A DNA stretch of 62,587 nt, the filler included, from Asterionella formosa (Eukaryota), in the NCBI GenBank assembly GCA_002256025.1. It is 17 parts of 17 records of this genome, joined end to end, with 100 filler letters (N's around TTAATTAATTAA, not from the genome) between each part and the next. Parts side by side here need not be neighbours in the genome. Positions count along the whole stretch, not along the records: positions 1 to 30,453 come from NKIB01000868.1; 16 more parts are not named here. One strand, given 5' to 3'. Below the pieces are notes generated by a model. That model worked only from the letters and a program-made list of their open reading frames with translations, was not told the origin of the DNA and ran no database searches. The position numbers and the translations under genes are program-made. Position 1 is the first letter of the stretch, and the number at the start of each line of letters is the position of its first letter. Shown piece after piece: positions 11,098-24,263 of this stretch.

Positions 11098-11612
11098 ACC
11101 ATTCTTGGCTTACTGATATTGCTTTATGTGGTACTCCGGAGTACGTAAGAATTGGTGCTGCAGACGTAATCGATCCTTGTTGATTCAAACCAGCCAGCAG
11201 CTGTTGAATGATATGATACCAAGTACCGGCATATGTGCATAACGGCTTAAACGAAAATGTCGTGTTCACAATGACCTTCAATATGCGTCAGCGAGTGTCC
11301 CTGCTGATATCGGATTTGCCCTGTCGGTATTCGAGAAATCAATTATTATTGTCTCATAATTGGATTGTTATTCACTGGAAGTCCTTGCCTACAATAGCTC
11401 GAACCGTCTTTTACGGCACCTTCCAGATATAGTTTAACCTTCGGAAACGACGCAAGGTGGTATCATTCGGTTTCCATGTAATATATCATTATTTTGGCAT
11501 CTTGTCGAGAGGCATTACATACGCAATACATACACAAGACATAACACAACAACACAACATCGGCTAGACGATTGTTCCCTCCTGCTCGCGATCGATTTTC
11601 AGCTATCGCAGC

Positions 11613-14200
11613 ATGTCCAATGTTCAGGAGCACCACGAGGACTCAGACTTTTCGTACGATGGAAAATCCAGAGTGAATCGACTGGACAATAGTACACGAA
11701 TCGCTCATATTAGCACGATCCTCCCCTTCACTTACTTTGACGAGAAGGGAAACCGATTAGTAGACCCCTTTTGGCTATTCCACGACGCCGCCGCCTGGGT
11801 TGCTGCCAAAGATTTCAATGAACGGAATCCCAGGATCGTTAAGGACCTGCTGCAACACACGCAAGGCTGTGATGTCAAGCTCGTCCTCAAGATGCACGAC
11901 ACCCAATTCATCACCTCCCTAGCCCAACGTTATCTCATTAAATCATTGTATTTGCCCAAGGTCGAACAACCAGCAGGGATCATCGGAGAAGTTTCCTCGT
12001 CAGCCTCAAAAACAGTGGCCACTCTGGCAGGAGCGTATGAATTGCCACAGCTGTCGTCGTCGTCCACATCAGAAGGCCTGGAGAGCAGAGACACATATCC
12101 TTTCTTTGGGCGAACCATTCCTACAAATGCAGCGGACGCGAAAGCCCTATGTATTTACTTCCAATCCTTGGGAGTCACGCACTTTGGTGTTGTTTACTCA
12201 AAAGGCGACTACGGAACAGCCTTTTGGGCAGATATTCGGATGGAAGCAGAATCACGAAACATGGTGGTAAAAGGCATGCCCTTTGTAGGCGATTCTGATA
12301 GTACAAAAACAGCTGTTGAGCAAATGGCAGCGACGCAATTTCGGTACTTTTTTGGTATTATTACGTACAATGAATACCGAGATCTCTTTCTTCAAGCAAA
12401 GGAAGTAGGCATTATAGGAAATCCAGATTACGTGTGGTTGCTCAGTGAGGCTGCCGTTGAATCATTTCAGGAAGAAATTGCATTGGATCCTATCGAGGAT
12501 GCCGATCTTTTGACTGCCATCAACGGAATCGGTTATATCATCTTAGACATTCCTGAAAGTGAAGAATTATATGCAGCACTCTCAGAGTTAACAGAGCAGC
12601 CAGTATTGTTACAGGAAATGATATCTGTTCATGATGACCCTTTTGCATTTGAACATTTTGACTTGATAGGAACCACGGTAATTTCGTCGCAATATCATAT
12701 ACTGAATTACGATGCCATGATGGCAATGGGTTTTGCCATTTGCATGGCAGACCAAGAATTTCCAACTGGACCACAGATATTTCACTCCTTAACTCGTAAC
12801 GTAAAATTCCAAGGAGCGTCCGGTAATGTAGATCTGGACAATGTTACTGGCTCACGTGTGCTGGAAGGCTTGAAGTATGCTGTCTACAACGTTCTCGTCA
12901 AAAGGGACGAATCAGTTACTAATCATACTCACTTGAATATTATACAATCGGCATTAGTGAATTTCGTTGGTGCTGGTGCCGTAGAGCACGTGTTCCCATT
13001 TGTTTACTCCAATGGAGCCACTGTTCCACCCTTGTCACTACCACCAAGGAACGAAAACCTCAATCTTATTCCAACAGGAATAAGAGCATTTGGATTCAGC
13101 CTTTTCATCCTGGCGTCATTTACTTCGATCGGATGGGCGACATTTACCATCAAATACAAGAAGAAACCTATTGTCAGGGCATCCCAACCGTTTTTCCTAT
13201 GCATGACATGTGTTGGAGCATTTATCATGGGTCTGTCTATTTTGATGTCTGGGTTCCAGGAGCCAATGCCCATCAACGTCTTGAATTTCGCGTGCGTTGC
13301 AAACTTATGGTTCTTCTCGTAAGTTTTCCATGAAATCTGAAGTTTGTTTGCCTTGTTTCACAACCTCGCGACTCATGCTACATCAATTGTCGTTTCATCC
13401 TAAGAATCGGATTTGTAACTGCCTACTCTGCGATATTTTGTAAAATGTGGAGATTAAACCAAGTGAATTACAAAGGCAACCGCTTTCGACGAGTTGTTGT
13501 ACGTCCTAAGGACGTGCTGTATCCCTTTGCCATCCTCATGTCTGCCAATATCGCCATCCTGACTGCTTGGACAATCGTAGATCCACTTCGGTGGACGAGA
13601 GTTGAATTGGCCAACTACTTTGATATCTTTGATAGGCCATCGGATTCAGTTGCGTATTGTCGAGGAAGTGACAGTACGACCTCTTATTTTATCTTTATGT
13701 ATGTGGGGATCAATGTTGTCGCACTGATATTTGCCAACTATCAGTCTTACGTAGCGCGAAAGTATCCATCGGCTTACAACGAAGGATATTATATCGCTCT
13801 GTCTGTTGGTTTTTTACTGGAAGCATGCTTGCTGGGGATTCCTGTTATATACCTGGTGAAGGATACGCCTAGCCAAGTATTTTTGGTCAAGTCAATCTTC
13901 ATTACAATGTTATGTCTTTTGATTCTTCTCCCTCTTTTTATCCCCAAGTACTTGGCTCGAAATGAGATGGAAATGAAGGAGCCCACCCGTCACGTTTCCA
14001 ACCATGTTCCACCGAACTCAACGTTTCCTTCCCTGACAAGAAGGAGCTTGGGACGCCTTCGTTTGAGCCAGTGTTCGTTAGGCGGTGGCTCCGACAGTGG
14101 TCATCGCTTCAAGGATAATTTCCCCGACGTTACCCCACGAGAAGCGAATAACACTTCCATCGATCACAACAATGTTCGAGGGGACGCCATCGCCATTTAG
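11613..14200 (+). CDS. Class C (GABA-B-like) GPCR with Venus-flytrap domain and 7 TM. Exons 11613-13318 and 13405-14200 (~833 aa)
   Basis: ANF-receptor motifs PQLSSSSTSEGLESRDTYPFFGRTIP and FQGASGNV. IVRASQPFFL after TM1. The intron gtaagt...taag gives WFFSIGFVTAYSAIFCKMW. Also AWTIVDPLRW and LFIPK. Seven hydrophobic segments. Confidence 0.9.
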
Positions 14201-14735
14201 GCTGTAATTGCTGAAAGTGGGGATGATTTTCATCCTATTTTCAAGTTTCATTGAAGGACTAATATTATTTGATTGTACAGCCAAGGACATGGAATTGCTC
14301 ATCCACCACACAATTCTGACAAATGTATGTCCACAAATAATGTCAGCATTTCCACTTGCACAACTAGATTTGTCAATTCATGTTGGGAACAGAACAAGAT
14401 CTTGTGTATGTTGAGCAGTCAGGTCCAGCCCATGTATGTTTATTATTATTGCCTCACTTTAAGTAGGAAACATGCCTATGGAATATCATACTAATGACTG
14501 ACTGTACATCGTGTAAAATTCCAGGCATGCAACGTATTTGGTTACTACTGTATGGCCTTATCTACACCAACCAGGATTGACCACTCGTTCCCTCCCTTCA
14601 TCTTTTCAATTTCAGCCCACCATCCCCAAGAGGCATTTTGGAGGGGGCCCTCTTCTGTTCGTCCATCCATTTCCAATCGCTGATGTGCGTCATCATGTCC
14701 AATTCCCAATGTTCCAAATAATGAAGAAATTCATT

Positions 14736-15221
14736 CTAATGATGACCAGCTTTTCCAGGACCGCTACTCTTGTACTTTAATCCGCAATAGATGCAAGACT
14801 TGACATCTCCTGGACGTTGTAGAGAAATGTACTCAATAGGGTGCCCAAGGGCTCCCCCTCCGCCGTCACAAATGGCACGCTCCCCTTCCACCATAATGAT
14901 GGGTTGAGCATTGACTAGTTCCAGAGCATTGGATCTGTGCTTTCCAAGAGCAAACTAAGGAATATGTTTGGAATATTAGAAATGGCAGTAGCAGCAGTAG
15001 CAACGTACTGACTAACTAAGAAAGGAAACACAAACACTACTTACCGGAACCTCCCTGTCGTACGTGTTGGCGTAAGTGTTGCCCAAGTAATACTTTGTCT
15101 TGTCGTAATAATCTTTATCGTCCGTCCCCATGCTTCGCACTTGCATCACCCCAGCGCCGCGGCATCGGAGACTCAAACAACGACAAGCCGCCAAGGAGGA
15201 TCTGATGGTCAACAACACCAT
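14736..15221 (-). CDS. NDUFS6: NADH:ubiquinone oxidoreductase 13 kDa-A subunit (zf-CHCC). Exons 15221-15045 and 14954-14736 (131 aa)
   Basis: The intron gtaagt...ccttag links an Arg-rich mitochondrial presequence exon to FALGKHRSNALELVNAQPIIMVEGERAICDGGGGALGHPIEYISLQRPGDVKSCIYCGLKY. Exon 2 is missing from the ORF track. Confidence 0.93.
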
Positions 15222-15351
15222 GATGGTCTGAAGAATCTATGTATGTGAATGGTTGGAACAACCGTTGTTGTATTGAGCGACGCAACAATACGTATTATTG
15301 ATGTTCGCGATTCTGCTGCTATATTAGTACCTCCTCATACTGTTCTACCGG

Positions 15352-15373
15352 TGGTACCTGGTACCAGGTACCA
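15352..15373. promoter_or_regulatory. Perfect 22-bp palindrome ~130 bp upstream of the NDUFS6 start; regulatory role unproven
   Basis: tggtacctggtaccaggtacca is its own reverse complement. Confidence 0.4.
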
Positions 15374-16945
15374 GGTACTGGGACTGTATGTACATCGATG
15401 TAAATATTATACCATGATCATCATGCCACATGATGCTTGCCTTCAGCAATCGCAGCCGAGGTGGTCTCTTGCCTTTTCTCGAATGCATATGTATGTACTA
15501 GGCTGGGTTGGGTTGGGAACTGGAATTGATTCGGCGAAAAAATGAATCCTTGCTATGAGCGCTCATTATCAAGGTAGACATTTAGAGTGGTTAATGCCTT
15601 GGGAGTCCCCCTTTGGGTATTTGTTGATATTATCACATCCAGCCAGTGCTAGTACCATTCCCCAAAGAGACCTCCAATTTCCAGGCAGCATCAAAAAAAG
15701 AAATTGCCTTTCCCCTGCCTGATGCTTTGCCATGCATGAACACATGCATACCGCTTTAATATCTTTCATCCTTGGGTTTCCTGTGTGCCTTTCAGCATGG
15801 AGCTATCTGAGGATAGTAATATGACTGTTCCTCCCACCATAATAGCCAGTGTTGTCAAATTGTTGTCAAATGAAAGGATGTCTGATGGAAATGTGTAGTT
15901 ACCTAAGGCTTGTCAGAGAGCTACTAAATGGAGTGAGGGAATATAGATCCACAAGTCCCTGAGGGTGTCTTTGCATGGTGGAGATGGTTGTGTCTGTATC
16001 AGAGAGGAGGGGAGGCCCAATATTTCAATTATTTTTCAGTCTGCAAGCAGTAATTGTGGTGAGATTTAATCTTGATGGGTGAGTACTAAACTACACCATG
16101 TATGACGAGGTTTGAAATATGTGTAGGCTGTGGCCCTGGTTGTGTCTTGGATCTCCTCTACCAATCTCAAACAGGGTATGATCTAGACCTTAGCTTTAAC
16201 TTTTGCTGGCTGGATGCTGCTTGAAGCACAACAATCTGCAGGAGAGTCCTTGAACTGAGCACAAACATACTTCTACTAATGTTACTATATCATGATATTT
16301 CATATTTAAATAAACAAGCCACTATCTAACTGCATTATTAGTTTCTAATTGACCATCTTAGTAGCCTTGTAGCGAACATTACCTAGCTCCCTAAGCTCAA
16401 CAAGTAATGAAGAAACAAAAATAGCTAGGTGGATCTGATCATTAATTGTGAGGCTTTGTTCGCAAACCTAGATCTGTGATTCAATTATAGACAGCTAGGA
16501 TTAACAATCAGCCTAATAATGAGAGACATCGCCAATTCTACCCACTTAATACAATACCTGATTTCGATGTAGGGTGCGTAACACATTGATAAACTAGAGT
16601 GGTTGTTCAAGGATCATCTACTAGATTAGTAGACTCAACCAGGAAGACATTTGCTTTAGAAATGGAAAACTAATAAGCATTAAAAACTTATTACTATCGA
16701 AGTGAGGATTAGGATTAAACCTGAAAATGATTACTAACTATATATGTCATCAAATGATGGTAAAGAAATAAATGCTATACTTCTATTTTTATGTTCTTTA
16801 GATAAGCCAGGAAAAATAAGACAGGGCTGTTTTAGGTACTAATGGAGATGCCTTGAAGAACATCATTAAATAAATGCAGGTTAATTGTTTAATTGTGATT
16901 TTCCAGAACATTTACTATTGTGTTTAAACAATCACAATCTATTCT

Positions 16946-18615
16946 TTATCTGGAAACTTTGGAAATATCCAACATCACATCGTCATACTCAATTGTAGTA
17001 ACTTCGTCACTCCAGTCTTTTCTGCTATTGTAACCTCCCAATATGAGAGAATGAATACCAGGACTCAGTGTGCCAAGATTTACGTCGAACCTTAGCCACC
17101 CAGTAGAAATTTCAGATCCTCCATTGCCATCACCCACGACGACAGCCAAAGTTTTATCATTTGGTGTTTGCCCCACCAATATGCCATCGATACTGACCAA
17201 AGCTTGACTTTGTTCATCACTTTCGTATTGTGAATTCTGTGTCAAACGGAATCGCAGAGAAAGACTCACAGCCGTTGCAGCTGACAACGAAAACATTAGT
17301 TTCCATCCACCAGACATGCCAGAAATAGAAACATTGTCGACCCCACCAAGAGTGACTTGCAGGGCTCCACCAGTAAAGCCTCCACTCACAATACGAAGGC
17401 CTTTGGCATATAATGGTTGTTGTGTTCCACGGAAAGTGTCATCAATATACGCAAACCCTTCAAAGCCTGTATCAAAATTTCCCCTGTAAATAACTGTCGA
17501 TGTCGGCCTATTGATTCACATTAGGAGAAATGAGGGAACAAGGTTGTTAGGCTTGGTAGCACCGGCGGGTCATGCACGAAACAGCAAAACAGAATTCTAT
17601 GAGCAGGCAAAAGTGGCGTACACCTCCACTCTCCTTCCACAAACAAACCGAACATACCCACAAACTCAAACTCAAACTCAAAACTAAACACAACACAAAA
17701 TAATGCATACCTCAGTGTGGGAACCGAAGTAAAAAGAACGTTATTCGTCGGAAGTAGAGTGGGAGAAGGTGTTGGACTAGAACGATAAAAACATTGTGAG
17801 TTGAGGAATGTGTCAAAAATTCAACAAATCAGTATAACACGGTTGCAAAACGCATACCTCAATGTTGTTGGCACTGGCGTCGTTGGACGAAGTGTCGTCG
17901 GTACAGCGGAAGGCGAATTGTTCGAACCAGGAATTGGCCACTGTGTTTGACTTAATTGATGGCGAAACAATGATGTACCGTTAATTTGGTGATTTTATAA
18001 ATATGGCGAAATTTGTAAAGAATGGAAACATACCTCATGGTTGTTGGCTCAGGTATTGGAGGGAGGGTTCTATCAGGTGATGTTGTAGGCCAAGGTAATT
18101 TCCTAGGTCATGTTCGTAAGTATAATGCATGAATGTGAATACCAAATGTGAATCCAGGCAAATAAAAAACAAGACAAAAATCCTAATGTCGAAACTTACA
18201 TTGTTGGGGCTAGTACAGCAGGTTGTGCTGTAGCACAAGGCTCCAGGTCATGACAGTCCCATGTCCACACATTGCTGTTGTTTGGTTGACAATCGCATCT
18301 CGTTTTTGGAAGTACGGAATTGCTGATTACAGCATTCAATTCACACCGTTGTTCACCAAACAAACACATGTACCATTCGCTTGTAAAGATTTTACAAGTA
18401 GAATCCTGAACGGGAATTATGTTATGTAGAAATAGACATTTGCGAACATGAACAGAACCAAATTCTTTCCGATATACCGTCCACCACAATGGTTTCGTCC
18501 ATGTCTCCAGAGTTCGTTCAGTATTGTTAGCCGCAGAAGCTACTGGCCAAAGTAGCAGTAGAGTGGGTAATGTTGAAAGAAGAAGAAACAACATCGGAGA
18601 CGCATTGCCAACCAT
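16946..18615 (-). CDS. Secreted protein with signal peptide, Cys-rich domain, Pro/Thr linker and beta-rich C-terminal domain. Exons 18615-18200, 18102-18034, 17950-17858, 17776-17711, 17507-16946 (~401 aa)
   Basis: Four phase-2 GT-AG introns (gtaagt, gtatgt, gtatgc, gtatgc) give a stop-free frame. The internal exons are 69, 93 and 66 nt, all Pro/Thr-rich. Confidence 0.75.
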
Positions 18616-19998
18616 TGTTTCGAATCAATCTGAAGTTGACGATATCGTTGCTTTTGTGAGGTTTCATATAATCATGTCTATTTGCCATAAGCTATGTCAT
18701 CGTCTCATAAATATTCGACAATGATGTGTAGAAGTAAACTTAATAAATGATTTATATATTCCGGATTTTAATACTTTTGCAATTCTGGATGCTCGTGAAC
18801 GGTGGATCGAATTTGTCGATTGGTGAATCATTTGATATATTCCATTTAGGGTAGGCCGGCGATGAGCGTATAACTATGACTTGTGACATCGCTTGAAAAT
18901 TTCATGGACTCCTTCATTGGTTCAAATAAAATCACAAGAATCGAAAAGACATGTGAAGAAAAGGATTAGTAGAAATAACTCTACATTCTTGGTATCTATT
19001 TCTTTTATTTCTTGCGATATGATTGACTATGATAATACGTAGACTTTATTCAGATTCCTATGGGCCGGTAACAAGTCGAATTCATTTCTTGGAAGAGCTG
19101 TGGCTGGCTGAACTAAAGAATTATTCGATGTCCTGAAGTCCCGAAACTAAAAAAGCGACGAGGTAGCACTTGACAAACTCGAACCTTACTCTAGTATTTC
19201 ACCAACTTCAAACTTGGAGTAAAAAACGATACTTCGATGAAAAAATTATTTTAGCATGTTCACCTTTTCCTTTAATAAATGATTTGTGACTCAATTAGTA
19301 AGCGATTTTGACCCCTATTATGAGGTGAGCGAAACGACCAATGACCATGATGGTTTCATTGGATGAATGGCAAAGAGCTACTCCTTTAATGGAAGCCACT
19401 ATTCTACTAACTACAGCTGCTAGCAGCCTATAGAGGCTATTATTTATGTACTCGGAGTATTTAGCTTGAGCTGCAATGATAGATTGTAATTAACATCAGG
19501 ATGGTCAACCCATTTATTAGTATGTATTAAGCCGGCACAGTCTAAAATTTAATCTTAGCAACAAAAATGGACAAAAACTATGTATTTCCTTACATCTTCT
19601 AGCATGGAAATAGATCAGCTTTTTCATCTATCTAAGCGTACCTGTCATAACAAGGAGATAAAGATTCCATTAGGTTAATTTTTTTATCACGGTGTTCTTT
19701 AAGGGTTAATTCTGGCAATACTCCAACCAGATATGAAAATCCTATTAATTAGACTATAGCAGGAGTGCACTGATAAGATGCGTACTTCTAGATACTGATA
19801 AGTGGCAAAAATAGTAACCCAGATACTATATGCAACTTTTGTATGCGTTCAGAAGGTGCAATCAGACATTTTACTCAATTCTGCATTGTAGTCATCAGTC
19901 ATCATAAGGTTTTGCACTCTTGCATTTTGATTGACAAACATGCTGACAAATTCACAGAGCAAAAAGCAGTCATTGTTTCAAATGAGTGCTAATCATAT

Positions 19999-21278
19999 TT
20001 ACTTCCTCAGTAAGGTCACTGCCAATACTGCGGTCACTACTGCTGCTGTGTACCATTGCAGAGCTAATCCATACCAAACCTTGTCTTCCTTTTCCCTGGC
20101 AATAGTTGTATTAGTTGTTGGTACCGACAAAAAGTTTTGAAACAATCGCATCAAATTCCGTTCCAACATGGCCACTGTTACTTTGCCCACCAGCGGAACA
20201 TAGACGACTCCTGGGATTTGAAGGAGTTCCTCTTCATCAACATTTTTAAATGAACTGACATTTACCACAGTCGTATAAGGTTGTATCCATTCGGTTGTCA
20301 AGCGATATGATTTGGTTGGCACTCCTGTAATGACCACTTGAGACATTTTCACACACGATTCGACAGTTTCTTCACATTTGACCAATTTACCACCACCCCG
20401 GAATAGGTAGATGGAATTGATATCCACCGAATACACATCTGCTCCATCGTTGGCCAACATGGCAGCCAAGGGCCTTCCTACAATTTCGCTTCGATTAATG
20501 ACCGTCACTGTCTTTCCGGCCAATCGTTTCCCAATCGGTTTGGACATGTCGTATGCGCTCGGACAGTGTTCCAGGATCTTCAGTACCGACAGAGCGGTAC
20601 AAGGTAAGAGGCATTTGATAGTGTTGGTTGGGTAGTCCAAGAAGCGCACATTGCGATACAGGTTGGTCCGGTACAAATGGCAAAGTCCCTCGACATCGCA
20701 CTTGTGTGAGACGGAATCTCGCAAGTAATCGTCCTGGGAGGCGCCACTAAAGGATTCTTCTTGACCAAAAATGGGATAATAGACAATGATGCCGTGAACA
20801 CGGGGGTCGTCGTTGGCATCCATCAATGCCGCCTCCACGTCAAGAGCATCGTCAAGCTCGCGAAGCTCATATCGAAGTCCGTCGGCCCGACATGCCTTTC
20901 CAGTCCATTCGGCGTACTGTTTGGCAGCTGGGTCTTTGTTGGCGAGGATACCGACGAGGAGCGGCGCATCTGTTTTGGTGGTCAGTGATGGGATATAATA
21001 ATATAGAAGCGTGAGCTTGACGACGTGCGTGTTCCGTATACTATCGGTCCAGTTCATTGCAAGACATGCAGAGAAAATTCTATACTAAACTCAAACTAGA
21101 TCCACACTAAGCCCAACAATCATCAGTGTCTACTCTCGTCTGACTTACCGATTCCTTGCTTCTTCAAATCAGCCACTTGCTTCTTAATTTCGTCGCGAAA
21201 AGACGTAGCAATTATCCCAGCGTCAACTTTGATGCCCTTGGTTGGGTCTACTGTGATGAGTGGAGTCGATATCATCAT
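19999..21278 (-). CDS. MTD1: NAD-dependent methylenetetrahydrofolate dehydrogenase (yeast Mtd1 type). Exons 21278-21149 and 20969-19999 (~366 aa)
   Basis: Motifs PLLVGILANKDPAAKQYAEWT, HGIIVYYPIFG, DVEGL, LPCTALSVLKILE, INRSEIVGRPLAAMLANDGA, VGKVTVAMLERNL. Intron gtaagt...aaacag at 21148-20970. Confidence 0.92.
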
Positions 21279-23128
21279 GGTGGAGCGCCACGCAACAAGC
21301 AGTGACCGTGACTGTTTGATCAGTTCTGTCCTGCAGAGGTTGGGTTTCTGAAAAAAATATACCGGTATAACTGTAATGGTCACGTGTATCGGTACCGATA
21401 TTACGGTAAAAAATATGAAAACTTTCCTTGATGCTAAATACTTTTAGACTCTACCATATCGTATGGTCTAAAAGTATCACCTACGCTGTAAACATTTACT
21501 TTGTGCAGCCACAGCCATACAAACACGTATTTTAGAATTCACTAAGAAGGCGAACAAATGAGTGAAACAAGAATACTCATGCATGAATCTTTGTTTTGAT
21601 CCATCAAATATAAGCAACGTAAAAATTTGGGCTAATAGAATGAGTTGATGGATCCACGAGGGCACTTATTTCTTTTGAGTATTTGCCGTTTTTTACATTC
21701 TTGGTGTGACCATAAGCACTAGTAATTGACTTGCTATTACTAAGCGAAATGCACAGGGGCGGACATTTGGTCTAAGGTGGAGGAATGGACCATGAGAAGT
21801 ATGATGAAACTCAAAACTAGGGAAGTTATTAAATGCTAGAATATAATCAATAACATACAGTAGTAAGTGGAAAGAGTGCACCTAAATTTGATGATATAGA
21901 TCCATTCCAAGACATGTGTGGTGGTGCAGTACAATGCCTGAGTCGACCTTCTTGCACTTCGCAACAAGTATATCAAAGTATGAAGGTATGAATACCGAAA
22001 TACATTGTGGTTGAGATACAGTCACCCAGCTTCTTTTTCTTTCTTCCAAAGATGTTCATGGACAGAATTATAGTGGTAGTATATATGTGTCTTCAGAACA
22101 CTCAAATGAAGAACATAAATTTGAATGGACACACATTCCTGTTCCAAGACACAATAACAAAGATCATGCATCTCCCATAACATGCATCAGAACTTTTATC
22201 CAGCCATGCATACTTGATCGACAAAGGCATTCTATTGTCGACACGAAAAGTACAATTAATTCTCCCTTCCAAGACACTCTGATCAATTTTCTCACTTAAA
22301 CCACTTCCAATTTTGATTTCGACTTCTTCTTCCCCCTAACTTTCCCAATATGACAACGGATCTTATCCTTCTTGTGCATCTTGTTGAAAGTTGTAGATAT
22401 CTTCCTCCTATCCTTGTTACTTTTATTGAAACAAATAGACATTCACCTCGGCAAGCTTTTGGCAATTCTGACACGTTGTCTCTTTGTACTATTTGGACAT
22501 GGGCTTGGATTTATACCGACATGCAAAGATTTGCTTCTGTGCCTTGATTTTTTGGTCTTGTCATCGTTGATCTTGTTCCTTTTCCTTCTTAACTAAAAAT
22601 CAATTCCATGCATCGAACAATCTCATGGAACATGGAATGAATGATACAAACTGTCACCAAAAGTGGCCAGGGCTGGTTGATAATATAGCAAGGCCTAGAT
22701 GGTGAGGATCAAACAATGGCAAACGGAGGTATTTATCATGGTGAGAGAAGTGATTGAGTGCAAGGTTGTGGCTGAGCTTTAATGGCATCCATGTGTTGCT
22801 AACAAGAGAGTCATCATGATTCAGTATTAACGACTGGTATATTCATACACATTCACTGAAGCCGAAATGAACACAAAATAAAACGACTCTATGTATGCAA
22901 AACAAATATTTTGTGATGCTAAATTTCCAACATACTAAAAGCTACGGGCGACTACCTGATGTACTTTGCTGGTACACCCAGCAGTCATATCCAATAATCG
23001 CACTTTTGCTCAAATAAATGGACAGCAGAATTAGTACCGGTTTTATTCGTCCGTACAGTACAACGGTACCTATTTCCTCGTTAGCCACACACCCCGGAAC
23101 CCTAGGGACTAGATAAATAAACGAAAGG

Positions 23129-23193
23129 TGGAGAATGCAGGAATCTTACCCGCCAGCTCGTCATGAGGTGTGCTAACCACTTAGCCATTCCCC
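23129..23193 (-). pseudogene. Degenerate tRNA-Ala-like sequence (pseudo-tRNA or SINE head)
   Basis: GGGGAAT/ATTCTCC-A acceptor stem with G3:U70. D arm GCTA-AGTGGT-TAGC. T arm GCGGG-TAAGATT-CCTGC. The anticodon arm is shortened. Confidence 0.6.
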
Positions 23194-24124
23194 AGCTACT
23201 CAAGAATTTCTAATTCCATTATTACAGACAACCTAACAGGCGAAGCAGAACATATTCTGATACCACAGAATTTGCAACCACATCATCCTTCAGCTGGTCT
23301 GACACATGAGGTGAAAGGGTTATTATTGGTTGCATATAAATAAGAATGAGTCATAATAAAGGATAAGATTTTCAAATTATCCTGTTTTAACCGGTACTTT
23401 CAAGGAATTTATCATGACAGTTGCAATCTTCTCTGGGTAGGTACACTCCCCTAGTCGCTTTCCCTTTCATAATACTCACACCACTGGATTACTGGAAGTC
23501 TGAGTAGAGATACATGAACTATGGATAGACGCCTTCAGTATTGTGGGAATGGAAGTTCCGAATTCTTTTTCCATCTCAGCGAATTTCGGCAGCATTCCCG
23601 ACTTAATCTTTCTTGTATAATTGCAACATGGTAGGTTTGTGAGTACAAGTGATGATCTCATAGTGGTGTAATAATTCTGTAGCAAGAGATCAGATTCCAT
23701 GAGAGCAAGCCAGCAGTGTTTTGGTATCTTTAAAACAATTATTCATCAAAAGTTGATTATTTACTGTAGAGGAGTTCTGTAGCTAAAAGAAGGCAATGGT
23801 ATGAAAATGATTCACAATGAACAACACCAATGATAATGTGCTGCAAAAGCAAGAAAGCAAGAAGGAAGGCAAGAATCTTTGAAAACCAAACAAGACCCTC
23901 TTGATAAAGGTTATTCAATACAATTGTCTTACAGATGTAGAGCAACCAAAATGTGATTTTGTAATCAGCACCAACAGTGGAATCAAATCACCAATTTCAT
24001 TTCGCTCATTCAAGGAACTGATTCGGCTCATTACCTGTAGTGACGCGAATCATTAATTTACTGATTTTTAATAATCTTTTTACATCAAACTACCGGTACA
24101 CATCTTTATATAGGCATGCATACG

Positions 24125-24263
24125 TAGAACATTTTTTGACACATGCGAGTACTCGTGGTTAGTGCTTAGTTCGCTCACCAAGGCCTTTAGAATACTTTTT
24201 TTGACACATGCGAGAAGGCGAGGTAGGCAGTGCTGGGTAGTTCGCTCGCCAAGGCCTTTAGAA
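24125..24263. repeat. Diverged tandem duplication of ~65 bp
   Basis: ttttttgacacatgcgag...agtgct..tagttcgctc.ccaaggcctttagaa occurs twice. Confidence 0.8.
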
